A DNA stretch of 59,888 nucleotides, counting the filler, from Rhizaria sp. SCN 62-66 (taxonomy: Eukaryota), in assembly GCA_001724265.1 (NCBI GenBank). It is 2 parts of 2 records of this genome, joined end to end, with 100 filler letters (N's around TTAATTAATTAA, not from the genome) between each part and the next. Parts side by side here need not be neighbours in the genome. Positions count along the whole stretch, not along the records: positions 30,000 to 59,888 come from MEDY01000375.1; 1 more part is not named here. The stretch is one strand, 5' to 3'. The notes under the pieces were generated by a model. It did not search any database. It saw only the letters and a program-made list of their open reading frames with translations, and was not told the DNA's origin. Made by a program: the position numbers and the translations under genes. This document shows positions 55,531 through 59,888 of this stretch, one piece after another. Position 1 is the stretch's first letter. Every line of letters begins with the position of its first letter.

Positions 55531-58500
55531 ATGTCTGCACCGGCGCGCAACACAGGCCACGGCCCTGACCCCGGTCCGGCCTCCGCCTCCGCCTCCGCCT
55601 TAGCCCCCAACATTGTTGCGACCGAGACGGCTGATGCGGCGGCCCCTATGCACTCCTCCGCGTTTGCCTCGCACCCCGGCTCCCCCGCGCCCGCGCACGG
55701 CCCCGCGCACGGCCCGCCGCTTCACGCGCTGCACCTGGACACCGCGAGCGTGGCGCTCCCAGCCGACGCCGTCATCGCCGCCGCCGCCGCCGCCGCGGAC
55801 TCCGCGTATCTGGGCGAGAAGCGCCACAGCAACAAGCAGCGGCACAACGCCGACGCGCTCCACGGCGCCACCGCGACCAGCACGGCCAGCGCCGCTGCTG
55901 CCGGCGTGACAGCGTCGACTGCTACGGGCCACGACCGCGCCCACACCGGCGCCGGCGCGTCCCCGGCTTACTCTAACGCCAGCACGGCCGCCAGCCCGGC
56001 GCACGCGCACGGGCACGCGCACGGGCACACACGCACGCACGGGCACTCGCGCCATAACCCGAACACTGCCACCTCCGGAGGAGGCAGCGGCGGCGGCAGC
56101 GGCGGCGGCATCCTGGCGCGCCTCGGCTTCTCCGGCAACACCTATACGAGCGCGTCATGGGACTACCCGACCGGAATTATTGTGCCCAAGGCCATGGCGA
56201 GGCAGGCGCGTCTGCGGCCGCAGCTGCTTGCGCGCCAGGACGCGTCCGCGGCGGCGGCGGCCGTGGCGGCGGCGGCGGCGGGGCGCGCGGCGGCCGAGGC
56301 GGCCGCGGAGGCCGGCGCCGACGCCGCGCAGGCGGCCGAGGCGGGCGCCGAGGCCCAGGCTGAGGTCGAGCTTGACGCTGCGCGGCACCAGCAGCTGCAG
56401 GCACAAAACCGCCGCCGCAGCCGCGGCCCGCGTAGGTCCAGCATCGTCGCCGGCTCCGGCGCTGGGTCTGTCGGGTTCAGCGGCGCCTCGTTCGCGCTGT
56501 CCGGCGCCGGCAGCGTGGCCGAGGCCGGCGCCAGCAACACCGCGACTGGCGCCGGCGCCGACATCGCGGCGTCGGGCGGCCTGGACGTCGGCTCCTCGGC
56601 CGCGACGGACGCGACTGAGGCCACGCGACGCTGGCGTAAGAGCAAGAAGTTCGCGGCGCCGACTGCAGCACCGACGGGGCCAGGGGAATAGGCTGCGGGC
56701 ACGGCAGGTGCTGGCGGCGCAGTTTCGAGCGCGAGTGTATCGGCTGCTGTCGCCGCTGCTGCGGCGACGAAGAAAGATTTGGCCGCTCTCGGCCCCTCTT
56801 TGAGCTTTGTCTTTGACTTTAAGGATACTGATGCGAACAAGGACAAGATGGCGCGCAACGCAAAGCGCGCCCACGCTCACAAGGGCCACGCTGGCGGCCA
56901 TGTTGGCGACATTGCTAAAGACGAGGACGAGGATGAAGATGAGGATTACGACGACGAGGACGAGGACGACTACGACGATGACGACGCCGACATTTCGTAC
57001 GACGATGACGCAAATCCGCACCGCAAAAAAAAAGCTCACGGCGCGGGCGCGGCGGGTGCGGTCCCGGGTCAACCGCAACACTTACCCGACATGAGCTACT
57101 TAGACGACGAGGCGACGTACTTTGACGGCCAGGCCGGTATGATCCGGGGCGCGATCACGCGTTGCATGATTCACCCCGTCTTCCACCTCTTCTACCTGAC
57201 CGCGTTTGTGGTGCAGCTGGCGCTGGCCGGGTGGAGCATCCACCACGCGGCAACGACGCCGTCGCATCACGTGCCCGAGTGGTACGTCGTGCTCGACTCG
57301 ATCATCGTCATGACCTTCGCTCTTGAGGTCGCGCTCACAATGCTCATCCTCGGCTGCCGGTACTTTCACCACTTCATGCACTTGGTCGACTTGTTCTTCG
57401 TCACACTCGTGCTCGTGCTGTGGCTGCTCGAGCTCGCTGCGCACGAGGCGCTCGCGGAGCTGGTGACGCTGACGCTCGTGTTCCGCTTCCTGGGAAGGAC
57501 GATCCACCTGGTGTTCGAGTACTGCCGCTGGCGCAAGAGGGACGAGATGGTGCACATCACGGAGGACCTGGTCATCAACATGACGGTGTACACGGAGCAG
57601 CACGAGGCCGCGCACGGCGGCGGCGGCGGCGGCGCGCTGGGTCACATCGCACTGACAGGCACTGACGGGCGGGAACACTTCAAGCTTGTCGTCGGAGGTA
57701 CGGACCCGAGCGCTGCTGGCGAACCCGTGAGCTTGAGTGCCAGCGCCAGCGCTTCTAAGCATTACCACCATCACCACCATCACCACCATCATCACCATCA
57801 CGATCATCAACACCGCAGCAGCGCGGCTGATGGCGACGGCCACTGCGACGAAACGCAGTCGCCCGAGTCAGGAGGGGTCAGCACCCCGAACCAAAGCCCC
57901 GCTTCGAGCGACAACGCTGCTGTCGCAAGCTCAGTGCCGCTTGTGGCCGGCCCTGTCGCTGCGATCGCTTCTGCGGGCGGCGCGAACGCGACTGGAAACC
58001 AATCACTCGCGAGCAGCGGCACTGCTGGCGACGCCAATACTCACGCAGCTTACGAGCCCGGCGATGCTGCTGGCTCCACGAGCCCTGCTGGCCAGGGGGC
58101 GCCCGCCGCCACGCTGCTGCGCGGCTCCTTCGTGTGCGACAGGGACGGCTTCGGCCTCGGCATCCCCAAAGCCACTGAGTCGACGGTGGCCGCAGCTGCT
58201 GCGGCGACCGAAGGCGCGAGCGCGAACAGCAGTGGCGACAAGAACGCGTCTGCTGCGGGCGCCGCTGACGCCGTAAGCAGCAGCAGCGGCGACGACGATT
58301 ACGACGACGAGGGCGGCGACGATCTTGATGGACTCGGCGTGGGCGCGTATAAGTTTGCGATGACGCAGTCCAGGATGCCGTCGCGCATGCACCCGCACGC
58401 GCACACGCACTCGCACACGCACGCACACACGCACCGCGCGCGCGGCTCGCCGAGTCGCGGCGACCGCGGCGATGTGAGTCGCGGTGACGCCACAGCGACT

Positions 58501-59331
58501 CCTGCTGCTCATGCGACAGGCGTGGTTGTGAACAGCAGCACTGACTTGGAGCCGCTGCCGCTAGCCACAGTCGTCTCCGTCTCGCGCTCTGACTCGACGC
58601 CAGCTTTAGCTGTGTCGGCAGCGCCGGTCTTCGCGTCATCGGCACCCATGCTCACGACCGGTGTCACAGGCACATCGACTGCGACCCAACAGCAGCAGCC
58701 CCCCGTTGCGGCGCCAGTGGTCGTGCGCGTGCAGACCAGCGCTCCGTGGGGCGCCGACGAGCGCTACACTACCAACGTCACCACTACGAGCGCGAGCACG
58801 CGCGCCAGCAACGCAGGGACAAACTCCGGCGCCGACAGCGCGTCCGCCGCCGACGCCAGCGCGTCCTCGCGTAAGGGCAAGGGCCCGAAGATCTCCGCAG
58901 AGGAGCAGCGCGCGCTGCGGCGCCGCGCGGAGCTGACCGCGCTGATGGCTAAGGGCGAGCGCGACGCCGCGGCCTCGGAACGCGCCATTAAGAGCGCGAT
59001 GCGCGGGGAGCGGCTGGTCGAGCGCGCGCTGGGGCTCAAGGTCGGCCTGGGCGACGGCGATGACGACGAGGACGCACAGGTCATGGCCGCAGCCTCGCGC
59101 AGCGCTAGCTACTCGCGCAGTGGGTGCTCCCGCAGTCGCAGTGGCAGTTGCAGTCGCGGCCGCGGCCGCGATGGCAGCTGTGGCAGCGCTAGCGCGAGTG
59201 CGTGCAGCAGTGCGAGTGGCAGCGCGTGTGCGAGCGAGGACGATCGCGCGAGCGCCAAGGACGGCGGCGTGCAGGGCCTAAGCAAGGACAGGAGCAGGGA
59301 CAAGAATGCTCGCAGCCCGCCTCGCTTCTGA
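55531..59331 (+). CDS. Stand-alone voltage-sensor-domain (S1-S4) membrane protein with long disordered termini; in-frame TAG at 56689-56691
   Basis: ORFs 55528..56691 and 56779..59331 are in one frame (offset 1251) and joined through GAA-TAG-GCT. Four TM segments at ~57163-57522 with S2 F-x-x-E (TFALEV), S3 Asp (HLVDLFFV) and basic S4 (VFRFLGRTIHL). Stop TGA. Confidence 0.72.
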
Positions 59332-59888
59332 GGGTTGAGTTTACGCACACGTTGAGGCTTACGCTGCGCATAACTATTTTGTTGACGACCATGTCAGCAC
59401 TTGATTTAATGTAATGCTCCTCCATGATTTCTTTTTTATTTTAATTGTTGAATTGTGTCATGTAAACAACATTGTTTGTGTATTCACTACAACTTCATAC
59501 GGTTTGTTTCATCCGCTGTCTATTTAAATGTCCTATGTAATTACGTATTTAGTTTCTTGTTTTTTGTTTTGTTTGAATTTGTTCTCTTCTGGCTCGAACT
59601 TCTTGTTCCTAATGGCGCAGTCGCGCACATGTACTACCCAGACATTCTACTAATGCCACGTGAAAATAACTCACGAAATATTTATGCTGAAGCTCATTAA
59701 CGAATACACGAGCATCGATGTTTATCAATTTTATGCCTCCTCATTTCCGTGTGCAACTTAAGTTGATGCGAGTCGAGAACCAGCTTTGAATAGTAACCAT
59801 CGGTCCGTCGTAGGATGGCGCGGACCGGCCTCTGGGCCGTGGGGAGGGAGCCCAGAGGGATTTCGTTCAAGTCAAGTTGGCAACAAAA

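Noticed and set aside
335-56691. Pyrrolysine insertion, programmed readthrough or A-to-I editing (UAG to UGG) as the explanation
   Set aside because: Pyrrolysine is unknown in eukaryotes. Downstream contexts vary (G, C or T at +4; no shared CARYYA). Most sites lie in Gln-rich or disordered tracts where Trp is implausible. Editing remains testable with RNA-seq.
863-59425. Hundreds of overlapping antisense and alternate-frame ORFs rich in Arg/Ala/Pro
   Set aside because: Shadow ORFs expected from GC-rich GCN-repeat coding sequence; no independent motifs.

Overview
Gene-dense nuclear DNA from a microbial eukaryote (protist-like). Exons are GC-rich and encode Ala/Gln/Ser/Asn low-complexity tracts. 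Introns are short, AT-rich GT..AG introns with donors mostly GTACGT/GTATGT/GTCCGT. The window is two contigs joined by an artificial 100-bp N/TTAATTAATTAA/N linker (29900-29999). I can support 16 protein-coding genes: a CLC channel/transporter, a GAF-histidine kinase (cut by the gap), an EEP/TDP2-like C-terminus, a MED21-like protein, RAD52, PBDC1, PCID2, a Borealin-N-like protein, SPCS1, a RING-CH E3 ligase, a stand-alone voltage-sensor-domain protein, a CSPP1/CCDC66-like protein and four unknown proteins. The main discovery is an apparent non-standard nuclear genetic code. Eight in-frame TAG codons interrupt five otherwise continuous reading frames, several inside Gln-rich runs. Two more TAGs are followed 2-3 codons later by TGA. 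Every unambiguous gene end is TAA or TGA, and I found no internal TAA or TGA. This points to UAG alone being reassigned to a sense codon, most likely Gln. Secondary findings are a CLC lacking the gating Glu, proton Glu and central Tyr, very large low-complexity insertions inside folded domains, and a non-Hv1 stand-alone voltage sensor. All family assignments come from motif recognition by eye; no searches were run.
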